Shown one piece after another: positions 24,491 to 37,828 of a stretch of DNA of 64,000 bases. The stretch is taken from assembly GCF_006345805.1 (NCBI RefSeq), contig NC_043003.1:46996001-47060000 (forward strand). Direction: 5' to 3'. The position numbers and the translations under genes are program-made. Each line of letters starts with the position of its first letter. Positions within the stretch are counted from its first letter, which is position 1. Source of the stretch: Octopus sinensis. Taxonomy: Eukaryota. Under the pieces are notes generated by a model. The model did not search any database. It had not been told where the DNA came from and was given only the letters and a program-made list of their open reading frames with translations.

Positions 24491-25941
24491 CCATGTTTGC
24501 AGATTGAGCGTCCAAGTACGGGTTCCTTCGATGACTGTAATAACGTTTAAGTAATCAGTGGTACGAAGTAAGTGAGTGTGGCTTTGTAACTTGTACCATG
24601 TTTTCGCCAATAATTTTAGCTGCCTGTATAGTCGTAAGCAGACATAGATGCACTGTCGTTCCTTTACCTTATCCATGACCCAGCAGAACATTTAGGATGA
24701 AATAGAGAGACACATACAAGAGAGAAGAGAAGGAGAAATAGAGAAAGATAGGTAAAAGATACATAGTTACACCCTCGCCTTGCTGATACGCACAAAAGCT
24801 GAGTAGACTGGTACAACATGAAAAGAAAAGCTTTGCTTAAGGACACAACGCACTGTCTAAACCATGAATTGAACTCGGGAGTTTATGATCATGACCCAAA
24901 CACCCAAACTACTAGTCCACTCGACCACGTGTTTTCACTTAAACAGTCAAGTGAAGACACGTCAAATCATCGTTTAAACACCAAGCATTTGGACACGTTT
25001 ATGGAGACCGCTTTATTGCTTTATAGTTGATGGTTCAGTCGTACAAAGCGGGAGAGACTACACTGGATCGTAGTATTAAGGAGGACAGATTAGGAAATAC
25101 TTTAAATGGCCATTTGGAAGAGGGGACAGAGTACATTAGTGAGGTTGGATAGTCATGAGAAATCAACCGGTTTATGCAAAGCTGGCATGAAGTCGTCACT
25201 CCTCTTCATGTTGTCATTACTATGTCTCGTCTTTTCTTATTATTTATATATTCTATATCACAGTTTGTGGACAATAGTTGCTTTGATTGAAGGTTTCCAA
25301 AGGGTCAATTACAAGTTCACTGTATTTTTAATAGCGTGAGTGACAAGAGAACGCCTGTAACTCGGTGCAATATATTTTGTGCGAATAACACCGGTTTTAT
25401 GGCTTTGTTTGTATGCCTTCGCCAACATACACTAGTGAAAGATATAAGAGCATGTACACACGCATACGTGCAGATATACATAATGCATACACACGCACGC
25501 ATACATACAGATATACATACTACATACACACACACGCACACACAACCTTCAAATTAAAATATCAGAGGTTCCTATGCTTGTATGAAGGACCTGAGTGACC
25601 TAAATTTCTTTAAGTACAACTTATATAATAAGATTCTGGACATCAACCAGTGAGACTGTTAGATCATGTTTAGGTACCTATTCATTGTTTATAAGAAATA
25701 ATGTAGTAAAATTATTTATTTATATTCATTATACAACATATTCTGAATCATAGGAATAAGATATCTTTAATCACGGATTCAAAAATATGCGAAATATATT
25801 TAAACTATAATACCTACTTGTGACACGACAGTGTTACTATGGCATAGGTACATCACACAGCCCATTGGACCTCTGGTAAAGACACCCAACTCTAGGCTTA
25901 GACTAAGGCATTGGCATTCTTTTTCGAGAAGCGAGCCTTAA

Positions 25942-26153
25942 CCCATTAGCATTCAGTTTAATCCATCAAATGTAATATTTATTTATCCACATTGGTTCAA
26001 ATTAATCATGTATTATCTCAAAGCTGCGTGATTTTCATGACGTGATTGTTCATGTTTATAGTGACATTGTAGGGTAGGCGTGAGAGGCCAGATCTGAACA
26101 TAAAAACAGATCAAATACTTGAGTCCGATATGGCCTGTTTGAATGCTAAAGGA
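25942..26153. mobile_element. piggyBac-like MITE (~212 bp); partial copy at ~17900-17975
   Basis: TTAA at 25938-25941 and 26154-26157. TIRs CCCATTAGCATTCA and (reverse complement) TCCTTTAGCATTCA match 12/14. Confidence 0.75.
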
Positions 26154-27876
26154 TTAAGAGACACGGCTCATCACCAAGCGGTCTGTACTACTAAAAGAAT
26201 TCAAGGCAATTTTTTGTTAAGCTTGCCATTCAGAAAGTCCCAGGGTCCACAGTTTTCCCCTGACTGTTTGAGCCACAAGACTCTGCTCCTTTTGATTTCT
26301 AATATTGGTACACGATCAGAAAATTTATAAAATTTTGAAGACTGAATATAATTAAGACCAACCGTATGAAAAGCTAAGTCGACCTTGGCGCCACTTAAAT
26401 ACAGGACAAAGAAGGCGCAACCAAATACTCCAGAAAACGTTATCCGTGCCTCTACACATTTAGTCACTGCAACGTATTTTTAGAACTGCTTTATGAGTCA
26501 CTGACACGGATCAATACCTCAGAATACAAACAAAGGTATTTCTTAGTTTCAAATGTTAAGAATGACTTGGCCATTCGTGACTGCGCCTGTGATTTTTATT
26601 TTATGTACCCGTTGCATTACATATGTGAGTGTATGTATATGCGTGTGTATGTGTGTGTGTGTTGTGTATATATCTATAGGTGTCTTTATGGGTGTGTTCG
26701 ACCTACATGTGTGTGCGTTTATGTGTATGTCAGTGTCAGTTTTATGTGCATTCATGTGTGAGCGTCTACTCAAGCGAGGCATGTGCGTGTATGTTTCTAT
26801 ACATGTACGTGTATGTGTGTCCTCTGTAAGAGTGAATGCTTGTGTATATGTGCGTGTATGTGTGTGTATGCGAGTGTGTGTTTGCGCGCGCGGGAATGTG
26901 TGTGTTTGACTTAACAGACATACAAAGAAAAACGAGCTAATTACATGCACCCCTTGAATAAGTTTTCTGAAAAACAGGATATATTGACCAATTGGTGTCA
27001 CTGCTGTTATTATTAATGTGATTTAGACACTTGTCAACCAAGCTCAAACGAACCTATGATTAGAGACAATTCACCCATGTCGTTTCCCTCTTTGTCTAGG
27101 CATTGTGTAAAACCAGGCTGTGTCTCCTTAATATACTTGGGACAGTATAGTGTAATCCGAGAAAGATTTAACAGCTATTTCTAACAGGTCGGTCAACGTT
27201 CTACCACGTAGACCTAGTGGCTTTTTTTTTATTGGTTCGTCGTCGTTTATGGGCTGGTGATGCAGTAATATGCTCAGTTTTGAATAAGATACAAAATTAG
27301 AAAGTGTTTATTTATGTTAGGTCAGACGGCCTGTCGTAAATAGGGAACACTAGTATCATAACTTCCATCAGCTTTGCAGATAAAACTGGCCTAAACAAAC
27401 AAGAAACAATCTCCTTCGCCTCAGACCTCGCTTTCAAAAACATTCTGGTGTGTGCGTGCGTGTGTGTGTGTGAATTTGTGTGAAACGATGTATGAGAATA
27501 TGTATATGCGTATGCTTAATAAATACATATAACTAACTCTCTTATATATTTACTCACATGCTAATACACACACGTGTACACATGCGCATACACATAAATG
27601 CATGTATATACACGTATGTGAGTATTATGCACGTATGTATGTATATCTGTCTGTCTGTCTATATGCATGTATGTATGTATGCATGCATATATGCATTTAT
27701 GTATATATGTATGTGTGTATGTATGTATGTTTGTATGTATGTATGTATCTAAGAATAACTGTAGGAATAAATAAACAGAATCCGAGACTAGCCGTGATCT
27801 GTGCCAGCAAAAATTGTATGCATGTATATACATGTGCATGTTTGTGCATGTGTGTTTGTGTGCGTACATGTACGTG

Positions 27877-27923
<47 letters not shown>

Positions 27924-28298
27924 GTAATGTGTAAATGTTTCTGGGTTTGTATGCCATAAGGAGAAAAATTCTATCTTTCAAGAACACAAGCCCTTTACAG
28001 AGTGAGAAAAATATTTTTTTGTCCTTAGTGGATAATGACAGGTGGATAATGACAGAAAATGGCACAGAATTAGTTGCGCATGCGTGACAGGAAAGTAACC
28101 AGAAAGATAAAAATGGTATAGGAAAATAAAGAGAAATTTCTTTTGTGAGAGATTGAGGTAGATGGTGGAGATACAACATGATTTATAAGGGACAATATCG
28201 AGGCTATGGAGAAAAGGAACTTTAATCACTCCCAAAAGAAGACAGGGTTTAAATGTTGGAAATGCATCTCCCATCGAACTCAAAAGCTTTATATTTTA

Positions 28299-28353
<55 letters not shown>

Positions 28354-29284
28354 GTGTTCATATACATACATATGAGAAACTTATAATTACGTACGTATGC
28401 ATCAATACATAAACCTACGTTTCTTTACATCAATTATTTACACCAATACGAGTCAACGAAGCAGATTCTAGTGGTCGATCAATCGATCTGCAAGTCATAG
28501 CAATAAAATTTCCATCAAATTACACTATACAATACTTTTAGAAAAAAAAACCGAAGGACACATTGAATAATGCAGTCTTGAATATGTTTTGTTTAAAAAT
28601 ATGACGGGGTTGTCATAGCTGGAACGCTTTTGACAATAGGTGTTGGCTTTTTTACGTTCCTGTGATCTAAAGAAAGATAGAATAAGTAGGAGACTTAGAA
28701 AGAAGTACTGGGATCGATTTCGATCTGCTCCATAAGGGGTGGCCCGGAGCTAAACAAAAACAATAACCAGTACGTCTATGGAAATATCCAGAATTCGAAT
28801 TATCTTTCATGGTTTGCTACGGTAACATGAAATCCATAGGAGGTTTCATAGAAGATGTCAATTAGCTAAATTGCCTTGAAGAGTGAAGGACACAATGTTT
28901 CGGTCGTTAGAGCTTCGTCAGAGAGTGAGGCAGTACTATGGCCGTGTTGATGCAGATGTCTCTGCTGTATATGATGGAGTTAACTGTCTTGTTTGGTTAT
29001 AGCTAGTTTATGTATGAGTATTCTGGGGTGGGGGGTTACATTGGTCTGTACAATACATTAACATGTGATGTGATCTAGATATCTGTTAAAATTTCTGAAT
29101 GCTTCAAAACAAGGTTCAACTAAATTCCTGAACGAATGAATTTATATACACATTTAATACATTTATATAAATAAAACTTATCGTGTGTGTGTGCGTGTGT
29201 GTGTATACAAACATACAAACATAGTATGTGTATATATATGCCTATAAATATATGTGTGTGTATATATATTTATGTATGTATTTA

Positions 29285-29333
<49 letters not shown>

Positions 29334-29446
29334 GTATATGTGTGTTTAGCGCATGTCTGTATATACGTATGTATGTGCGTGAATATATATCTACATAAGC
29401 ACACACACACAAACATACACACATACATACGTACATACATACATAT

Positions 29447-29479
<33 letters not shown>

Positions 29480-29731
29480 TACATCCATCCATACGTATGT
29501 ATGTATGTATGTATGTATGATGTATGTATGTATGTATGTATGTATGTCGTGTGTATAGATAGAAATAAGAGGAGAGAGAAAAGAGGAATGGAGAGCGTTG
29601 CGTATGTTTATGTACAAGCTTGGTAAAGAAGTATTTAAAAAGTCAACACGCTAAGATGTATACGCACGAGCACCCACATACATCAAGGCAAAACCCAAAC
29701 ACCCACAAGCACATCACACACACATACACAC

Positions 29732-29764
<33 letters not shown>

Positions 29765-30364
29765 TATACAGTCTGTATTATTGGTAAGGTTTTTTGTTGC
29801 GTAAGATAAGCCGCTGTCCGGCTAAATAAATAAAGCGTTGTCGCTGAGAGCGATTAACATGACATATCTGTTTAGCTCAGAGTTAAGCTTCTGTTTATAA
29901 CATTGCCTACGATTGACCCTGTATTTACACATTGCTGACTTATTCACTGGTTGTTGGTGCTGGGAAACACTACTTGAGATGTTTGTTATGTACACGTGTA
30001 AATGTCACAGTGTGCGAATGTAAGCCCTCTGTCAAAAACAAGCATACGTACAAACACATATTTATGTGTGAGTATGTGTACAAGAAAAAGGCTGCAGTGA
30101 CTTCGAGTTTTCGGCTTTCTCGCCTACATCAGACTGATAGTGGCTTGCAAGCCGAAACTCCGAAGTCACTATGAATTTTTCCTTGCAAAAATAAATAAAT
30201 ATGTACTCTACATCATGATATTGAGTAATCCGTCAATTTAATGTGACATTGCTTTCACATAAAAGCTAGCTTTAAAAAATTTATATATGTAAGTATATAC
30301 GTACGTATATGTATGTATTATGTATGTATGTATGTATTTTGTATTAATGTATAATTCAAATTTA

Positions 30365-30490
30365 CTGAAAATAAAGACGAAGACAGGTTAGGTAGCAAGC
30401 ATATGTATTAGTTTGACACTCAGGAAGAATGGAAAAGTCTTTGACGTTTCGAGCCTATGCTCTTCGACAGAAAGAGCTGAGAGGAAAAAA
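30365..30490 (-). mobile_element. Short Penelope-LTR-like element with a hammerhead-like motif (copy 1)
   Basis: TCTTT-CTGTCGAA-GAGC-ATAG-GCTC-GAAAC-GTC-AAAGA at 30475-30438. Flanks are homologous to 48830-48990 and 55215-55400. Confidence 0.65.
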
Positions 30491-31773
30491 ATTATGTATG
30501 TGTGTATGTATGTATGTATGTATGAATGTATGTATGTATGTATGTATGTATGTATGTATGTATGTATGTATGTATGTATGTATGTATGCATGCATGTATG
30601 TATGTAAACATGTGTACAGTTGTTTTTAACTTGCTCTTGTACACTAAAATGTGAAAGGCATTCGCGACGGTATTTCGTCTCGAAGTAAAATTTCTCTACA
30701 TAGATTTTGCGTTGAAAATACATTAGGTCGAGCTTCAAGAGGCGTTGCCTGACAATCAGACCTCTTCGGTCATTTGGAGCTGAGCAGGAACTTCTGTTAC
30801 TATGCATAGAAAATAAATGTACACATGTTTATTTTTGTATTCTTCGAAGATGCTTTTATGCTTATACAAAATTTATTCCTGCATGGCAAGCCGCAGCACA
30901 AACCACGAAATGCATAGCTTACTATTTTCTGAGCCTCTCTTTGATATCTCTCAATCTATGTGTGTGTATATGTGTTTGTGTGTGTGTGTGAAATGTAAGG
31001 TATTTCTCATACTGTATATATACAATCTAAGCCTTCATATAGAGGCTAAATCGTATGTTTTTTAAAGTATTTATTACGAAATTTAAGACATCTATATGTT
31101 TATGTATATTCATGTATATTTACATATACATATACGTATATACGCACATACATATGCGTTTATGTATTATGTGTGTATGTATATGAAATGTAAGTTATTT
31201 CCTATATAATAAGCATACGATTTAGCTTCACGAATCTATCCAGGCACGTTTTCTGCTTAATTACTGAACGTAACTATAGAAACCAAATGAGTGGGACAAA
31301 AGAAGTAAGTTAGTACAATTTCATGTCGCACCAACCTGCTTTGCTCATCATTTATCAATGCAGGTGCACTCATAAATGTAGCCGCGCACATTTGTATTTT
31401 TATATCTGTACATGTCTATCTATAATGTTGTGTGGATTTGTAGGTAAAAAAGGTTCAATGCATTATCAACGCACCACTTTCCCTTCGCTTTCTTGTTCAG
31501 GCAGTCGGACGACTTTCTATTGACAACGGCGTTCTTTAGGTATCTAAGGTACCTATTCTCCGGAGCATTCACTCTCATACATAGATACAGACATACATAC
31601 GTAGATGCATACGCCTATACGTGCATTCATGCATGCAAGCATATATGCATGCATAAATTCATACATGAACATGTATATGTGTTTGTAAAAATATATATGT
31701 CGATGTATATAATATATATTTTATTTATATATATATATATATATACATGTGTATATAATATTATATGCATATG

Positions 31774-31852
<79 letters not shown>

Positions 31853-32390
31853 GTGGCCTGATCAATAAGTATCCAGACTGTTGCTATAGTAACGAAGCTA
31901 AAGCACGCAGAGTAAAGCCGCTTGGCACAGATTGACCTTGCACTCTATTGTGCATGCATACGAGGTTTTAATGTACCAGCTCGTTTCCGCTGTTTGCAAG
32001 CAGTGCTTGGAAGTAACTTGTGTAGCGTGTAATCGTTGCATTGACCATGACAGAGGAAGTTAAGCAGAGTATCTGCATAAAATTTTGCCAAAAGCTTGGC
32101 GGTACCTGCTCAGAGGCCTAGGCAAAGTTTTCAAAATGTTTTCTTCGATCTCGAGACACAATCAAGGAATTCTTGTGCAACTGAAACCGAGTGTCTTTTT
32201 GGTCAGCTGAAAGCAATTTTGGCACAAACTTAGCAGACATGTGTCTCACCCAAATCTTCAGTGATAATAAACCGAACTGAACCGTAACTAATCCGCACAA
32301 CCTCTGATTACTCACGGATGATGATTCAACGATTTTCCCTCACAGCTGCACGCACATCTGCAATGGTTTTCTCAGTTCCGGTAACGCCAT
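31853..32390. mobile_element. Rearranged mariner relic: left end on +, transposase HTH fragment on -
   Basis: TIR-like ACGTGGCCTGATCAATAAGTATCCAGACT; + strand MTEEVKQSICIKFCQKLGGTCSEA; - strand RHMSAKFVPKLLSADQK (mariner WVPR-like motif). Confidence 0.75.
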
Positions 32391-33134
32391 GACAATTTTC
32401 TCGTATATAAATATATATATACATATATTTTTATATACATGTATGTGTGTATGTATGTATGTATGTATGTATGTATGTATGTATGTATGTATGTATATAT
32501 GTATGTATGTGTGTGTGTATGAGTGTATGTATTTGTATAAATATATGTATATATGTACGATTTTAAACTGCATACGGTAGTGGGTTTCTGGTTCGAGAGT
32601 TCCGAGACTTTGAGGAGTATGGAACTATTTCTTAGCTACTAATATTCCCATATCTATCAGACACGGAGTAGTTGTTCCTTCCAGAGTCCTAACCATAGGT
32701 CAACTGATATGTGTATAAAAACCACCGCCAGTGAGGGACCACTAGTTGCCGTTACAGCATCCTTCTAGAAAAGGGAAGCTGATGTATAACCTGTGGTTTC
32801 ACGTGATTACTGGTCATACATCGGCCTGTCACTTGGTATTAATCATGGACACTCAGTGAGTTGTACTCGTATTGTATAATCAAAGGGCATACAGATTTTC
32901 CTTTATGGTAACCCCATTTGTTATTTGTGATTCTCTCTATTGGGACTACATCCTGTGCAGACAAGTTAGGATGGCAGAGTTACAAAGCCACAGGATTGAA
33001 TAGTCATTTGAGACGTCTGGGATGGAAAGTCAAAAATGTCTCTGATAGTGAGGAAGTAAAAAATGACGGCAATCATCTGTGCGTAAAATGGAGAAAAAAG
33101 CACAAAATCCCATCCAAAAAATAAAATTTTTTTT

Positions 33135-34312
33135 TTTAATCAAAATAAAATATCAAGTAGGTTATGGTTACTCAAAGTAGCAGCCCTCAGTTTTCCCACC
33201 ACGGCCTCCAAGATAGCTCCGGAATCTGGCGGCGCATGCGTTTTTAACAGTGTCCTTGGGAATATCTTAGAACACTTCCTTGATGTTGACCACCAGCTCA
33301 GCCTTGGTGTTGCAGGCAGAACGGTTGGTACCTTTCTCAACAGCGCCCCACGATTGTAAGCCTTGGGATTGCAATCAAGGCCAGCAATTGAAGTTGGTGA
33401 AGTCAAAGAAACTCTACGACAACCACTACTGACAGTTTCAGGAGGTATGGCAAGGAGCTAAATCCTGCTGCCAAACATATGGCCTTCCCGAAGCAACCCT
33501 TTCCATTGAAGGTTTGACCAGTCTCCAGCAGCTTCACATAGCCGTCTGAATTAGAGCCAGAGGCCCTGTTCAAAGTTGTGGGGCGGCATGACATCACCCT
33601 CACTGGAGACACCCCAAAACCATCACAGTTTGAGAAACTGGTTTTCATGATACGTGGGTTAACACATGGATTGTAGACAAGCCACCTGCTGTTCTGGGTT
33701 TTGTGTAACTAGTCCTGGCAGAAGATTTTTTCATCTAAGAAGAACCAGATCATACTCTGCTCAGCAGGATACCTCAGACCGTTCAGCATCTTCTTAGCCT
33801 CAATCAAGCTGTCCTCCTTGGCCTTGGATATCAGAATTTATTTCTTGCGCCTCATTTACGAGTGGTATCGAAGGTCCTCATTCAGGGCCAGCTTCATGGT
33901 AATGACTCCAACACTCATCTCTCTCGCCAAAGCCCATATATTCTTGTTCGGATCTTCCATCATTTTGTCCTGCTTCAGTTGTTGGAAAAATTCTGGCGTG
34001 CAGATGCAGCCAGAACGCCTGCTGTGTCCTTTCCTGCTGACCTTGCCTTCGTAGTCTCCGTTGCAGCTGCCCATGTCACGGTGTTCGCAGAGCATTAAAC
34101 AGCGGTGGCGTCAGCATTTCGGTACCTGGTACGAATCATCATGGCACCAGTGACTTTTTTCCAATATTCATATGGCTCCCAGTCCTTCATGTCAACAAAC
34201 ATTTTCTCAACTACAAATTTTATCTTGTAGCTAACTCTTCATCAATACATCAAGCTGCTCTTGAAAAAAGAGAGACACAATAAATCGACAAATTTAGCCC
34301 GAACACCCTCCA
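33135..34312 (-). mobile_element. Decayed Tc1/mariner element of DD37D (maT-like) type
   Basis: Minus-strand pieces IWFFLDEKIF, GVSSEGDVMPPHNFEQG, NSDGYVKLLE, WQQDLAPCHT, PDCNP-like and AVEKGTNRSACNTKAELV match the DD37D motif order. One terminus GGAGGGTGTTCGGGCTAAATT lies next to TA at ~34312. Confidence 0.75.
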
Positions 34313-35122
34313 TATACATATACATGTGTGTGAGTACATATATATTTATATATGCTTATGTATGTATATGTGTATGTGTATATCTGTGACATTACTAAAA
34401 GAATATAAATTGTAAGCACTATTTTGAGTTAGCAAAGAGAAACACACCCGCTATTTTGGTAAGATAGTATGCGAAGCTGCATGAAGTTTAACACCTCTGC
34501 CTTGCCTTGTTGTTAGAATTAAGGATTCGGGGTTAAGACCAAAAACAAAACTATGTTACGTAGCAAGGCTGGGGGCGAATATTTGCATAGAATTCCGACC
34601 ATCTTCCAGTTAAACACGAAAGGGACCACAACTTTTAACGTGTTTTTATCTCGGTGACACACAGCTGCAATAAGCTGATTTAGTACCGCTAATACTAACC
34701 TGCAAAAATTTGCAAAAGCGTTTAATAATAATACATTACTCTTGTGATCAGCCTTCACGGATATGTATACACGCACACGCACACTGACATACAACTTTAT
34801 ACCGACTCATAGGGACGCCTGGGTGGCGGTTAAATAACTATGAAGGTAGTCATAATCGCTAGCGATCGACTGCAGCAGTAGAGAGAAATGGGGGTGGGGG
34901 GAGAAGGAGAAACGTTAGAAATCTTGGTAGTTAATTAATTAAAAATAAAACACAAACGAAATTAAGAGGATACAAAAATAATTAAAATTTTCAAATTAAA
35001 TCTGGAAACGTTAATGAAAATATAGATATTATGATAACAAGGATAAACATCCGTGTTCAGTTGATGTTTATTTATCTCCATGGTTGAGCGTGAGTACGTG
35101 TGTGTACATGTATATATATATA

Positions 35123-35214
<92 letters not shown>

Positions 35215-35314
35215 CATATGTATATACATATATATATACATTTACATACATACACACACACACATATATATATACATTTACATACATACACACACACACA
35301 CATATATATATATA

Positions 35315-35351
<37 letters not shown>

Positions 35352-35392
35352 CCACCTCATTTCGAAAGAAAAATCTTCTTCGTTCCCCACCC

Positions 35393-35424
<32 letters not shown>

Positions 35425-35426
<2 letters not shown>

Positions 35427-36065
35427 GCGAGTTGGCAGAATCGTTAGCACACCAAGCAAAATGCTTAGCGGCATTTCGTCCATCTTTACGATTTGAGTTC
35501 ATATTCCACCGAGGTCGACTTTGCCTTTCATCCGTTTCAGGCTCGATGAAATAAAGTACCAGTTGAAGCTTGGGGTTCGATGTAATCGGCTAACACCTCC
35601 CCCAAAGTTTCAGAACTTGTGCCTAGAGGTGAAAAGATTATTAAAGCAGAGAACTGGCTGAATCGTTAGTGCGTCGAACAAAGTGTTTAACAGCATTTCT
35701 TTCGGCTATTTACGATCTGAGTTCAAATAACACCGAGACCAACATTGCCTTTCATCCTTTCGGGATCCATAGAATAAAGTACTATACTTGTACCGAGGGC
35801 GATTTGATCAACTTACCCCATCGCCTCAAATTTTCCTGGTCATTTGCCAAAATTGGAAAGAATTATCTCTGAGTTAGGTACAAGGCCAACACTTTGGAGG
35901 GGAGGGGGCTTAGTTGATACAATCGATCCCAGTACTTGACTGGTACTTTATTTTATCGATCCCGAGAGGATGAAAGAAAAAGTTGTCCTTGGCCGGATTC
36001 GAGTCTTAACCAATATCACAAAGTATATTTCTTTTACGCTCTAACGATTGAGCCACTTCGATATC
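35425..36065. mobile_element. Cluster of three family C SINEs: 35425-35643 (+), 35645-35870 (+), 35870-36065 (-)
   Basis: The Nin/Deu-like domain appears three times; the third copy is inverted. Confidence 0.8.
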
Positions 36066-36205
36066 GTCATAATAATAATGATGATGGTGATGATGATGAT
36101 GATGATGATGATAATGATTTTTTTTTTTTTTGTACAGGAACGATTTTCGAGTAAAAGTCACGTTGACACCTGATTTCCGCTTTAAAATTTAATAATAATA
36201 ATAAT

Positions 36206-36488
36206 GTGAGGTATATTTGCCATCTCAATATGGCTAACCACTAAGGGTGGGTGTTACAGTAGCTTGTAGCCCCAGGAGAACATCGTCTCCAGCTGGCTTT
36301 AGGCACACTTTCTGTGCCCTTAAGGTATTTGCAAAAGGAGGTCATCCTTCCCTCGTCAACCTAAGTGATACGCACGGACTGCAGTTTCTAGGTATTGACC
36401 TGTCATCAGCGTACGACAATCACCGGTTTTCGATGAAAAGGTTCCCAACGCAAATACTTATATCATTTTTCCAGTAACTTTTCGTCAC
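36206..36488 (+). mobile_element. Unclassified ~280-bp insert inside (TAA)n
   Basis: Higher-GC unique block bounded on both sides by TAA repeats. No recognised coding motif. Confidence 0.45.
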
Positions 36489-36543
<55 letters not shown>

Positions 36544-36547
<4 letters not shown>

Positions 36548-36802
36548 CAGAAACAATTCCTATCATAGTAGGTGCATTAGGCATGATAAAAAAATATTCA
36601 GACAAATACATAACAAAAACACCAGGACTTACAAACACATATAACATACAGAAAATTGCACAACTAGGCACTGCACACATCCTACGCAGAACACTTTCCA
36701 TACAATAACCATCAGAGCATCACAACAAATCACAGCACATACCTAAGGCACACAGAGCTGCGCTCGGTAGTGAAGTGAAAACACGCTATAAAAATAAAAC
36801 TA

Positions 36803-36806
<4 letters not shown>
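36544..36806 (+). mobile_element. 5'-truncated Dong/R4-type LINE 3' end inside (TAA)n
   Basis: KTETIPIIVGALGMIKKYSDKYITKTPGLTNTYNIQKIAQLGTAHILRRTLSIQ* (stop 36706-36708) is a typical REL-LINE C-terminus. ~100-bp 3' UTR; TAA arrays on both sides. Confidence 0.9.
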
Positions 36807-36870
<64 letters not shown>

Positions 36871-37404
36871 TAATAATAATAACAATAACTATAATAATAT
36901 TTACTTAAGGTTTAAAAGATTTACGTTGATTGTCCTTCGTTATATCTCAAAGATCGAGGTCTAATTTGCAAAATATGCATCCAAGTATAAAGGATTAACA
37001 CATTCTTTAAGACAATGCGCTATCAACATTTAAATACCTTACTATTACTACTGTCTGGAACATTCGTATATTTATACTTATAAGTAACCCTATTGTTGTC
37101 TTTACAGAGGGGAATGTTATTCTATTTGTATCAATTATAAATAGATTGATAGAGACATTCCATGCATATCAGAATCTTTTCAATTCAGTAGCTTTGTTTA
37201 TCTTTGCAGATTCGCAGCTCATATCAATGTTATAATCATGTTTTTACTTGTGCGTGTGTGCATGCGCGCTTCATAAGTATTTTTCTTTTCAAGGAATTGC
37301 TATTGGTACTGACAGCATTAGCATTTATGCAGTTTATTTTCATCCTCATACCTTTCTGATGCCCTAGTTGGAAAGGATCGAGATGTTTTCTTTGTCCACC
37401 TTCT

Positions 37405-37448
<44 letters not shown>

Positions 37449-37450
<2 letters not shown>

Positions 37451-37605
37451 CGCAGGAGTAGTTGCTTACGAACCACATGGTTCAAGGTTCAGTCCCACTG
37501 CATGGCACCTTGGGCAAGTGTTTTCTATTATAGCCTCGGGCCGACCAACGCCTTGTGAGTGGATTTGGTAGACAGAAACTGAAAGAGGCCCGTCGTATAT
37601 ATGTA

Positions 37606-37647
<42 letters not shown>

Positions 37648-37828
37648 TGTTTGTCCCCCCACCCCAACATCGCTTGAAAACTGATGGTGGTGTGTTTACG
37701 TCCCCGTAACTTAGCGGTTCGGCAAAAGGGAACGATAGAATAAGTCCTGGGGTCTATTTGCTCAACTAAAGGCGGTGATCCAGCATGGCCACATTCAAAT
37801 GACAGAAACAAGTAAAAGAGTAAGAGAG
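37449..37828 (+). mobile_element. SINE family B, full length
   Basis: Colinear with 18212-18603. Confidence 0.9.

Noticed and set aside
29800-29950. Unique block with TAAATAAA/TGTTTA motifs suggesting an enhancer
   Set aside because: The motifs are short and common in AT-rich DNA, and there is no comparative evidence.
32600-33060. Possible RTE 5' UTR and endonuclease start (AELQSHRIE)
   Set aside because: Too decayed to support as a feature by eye.
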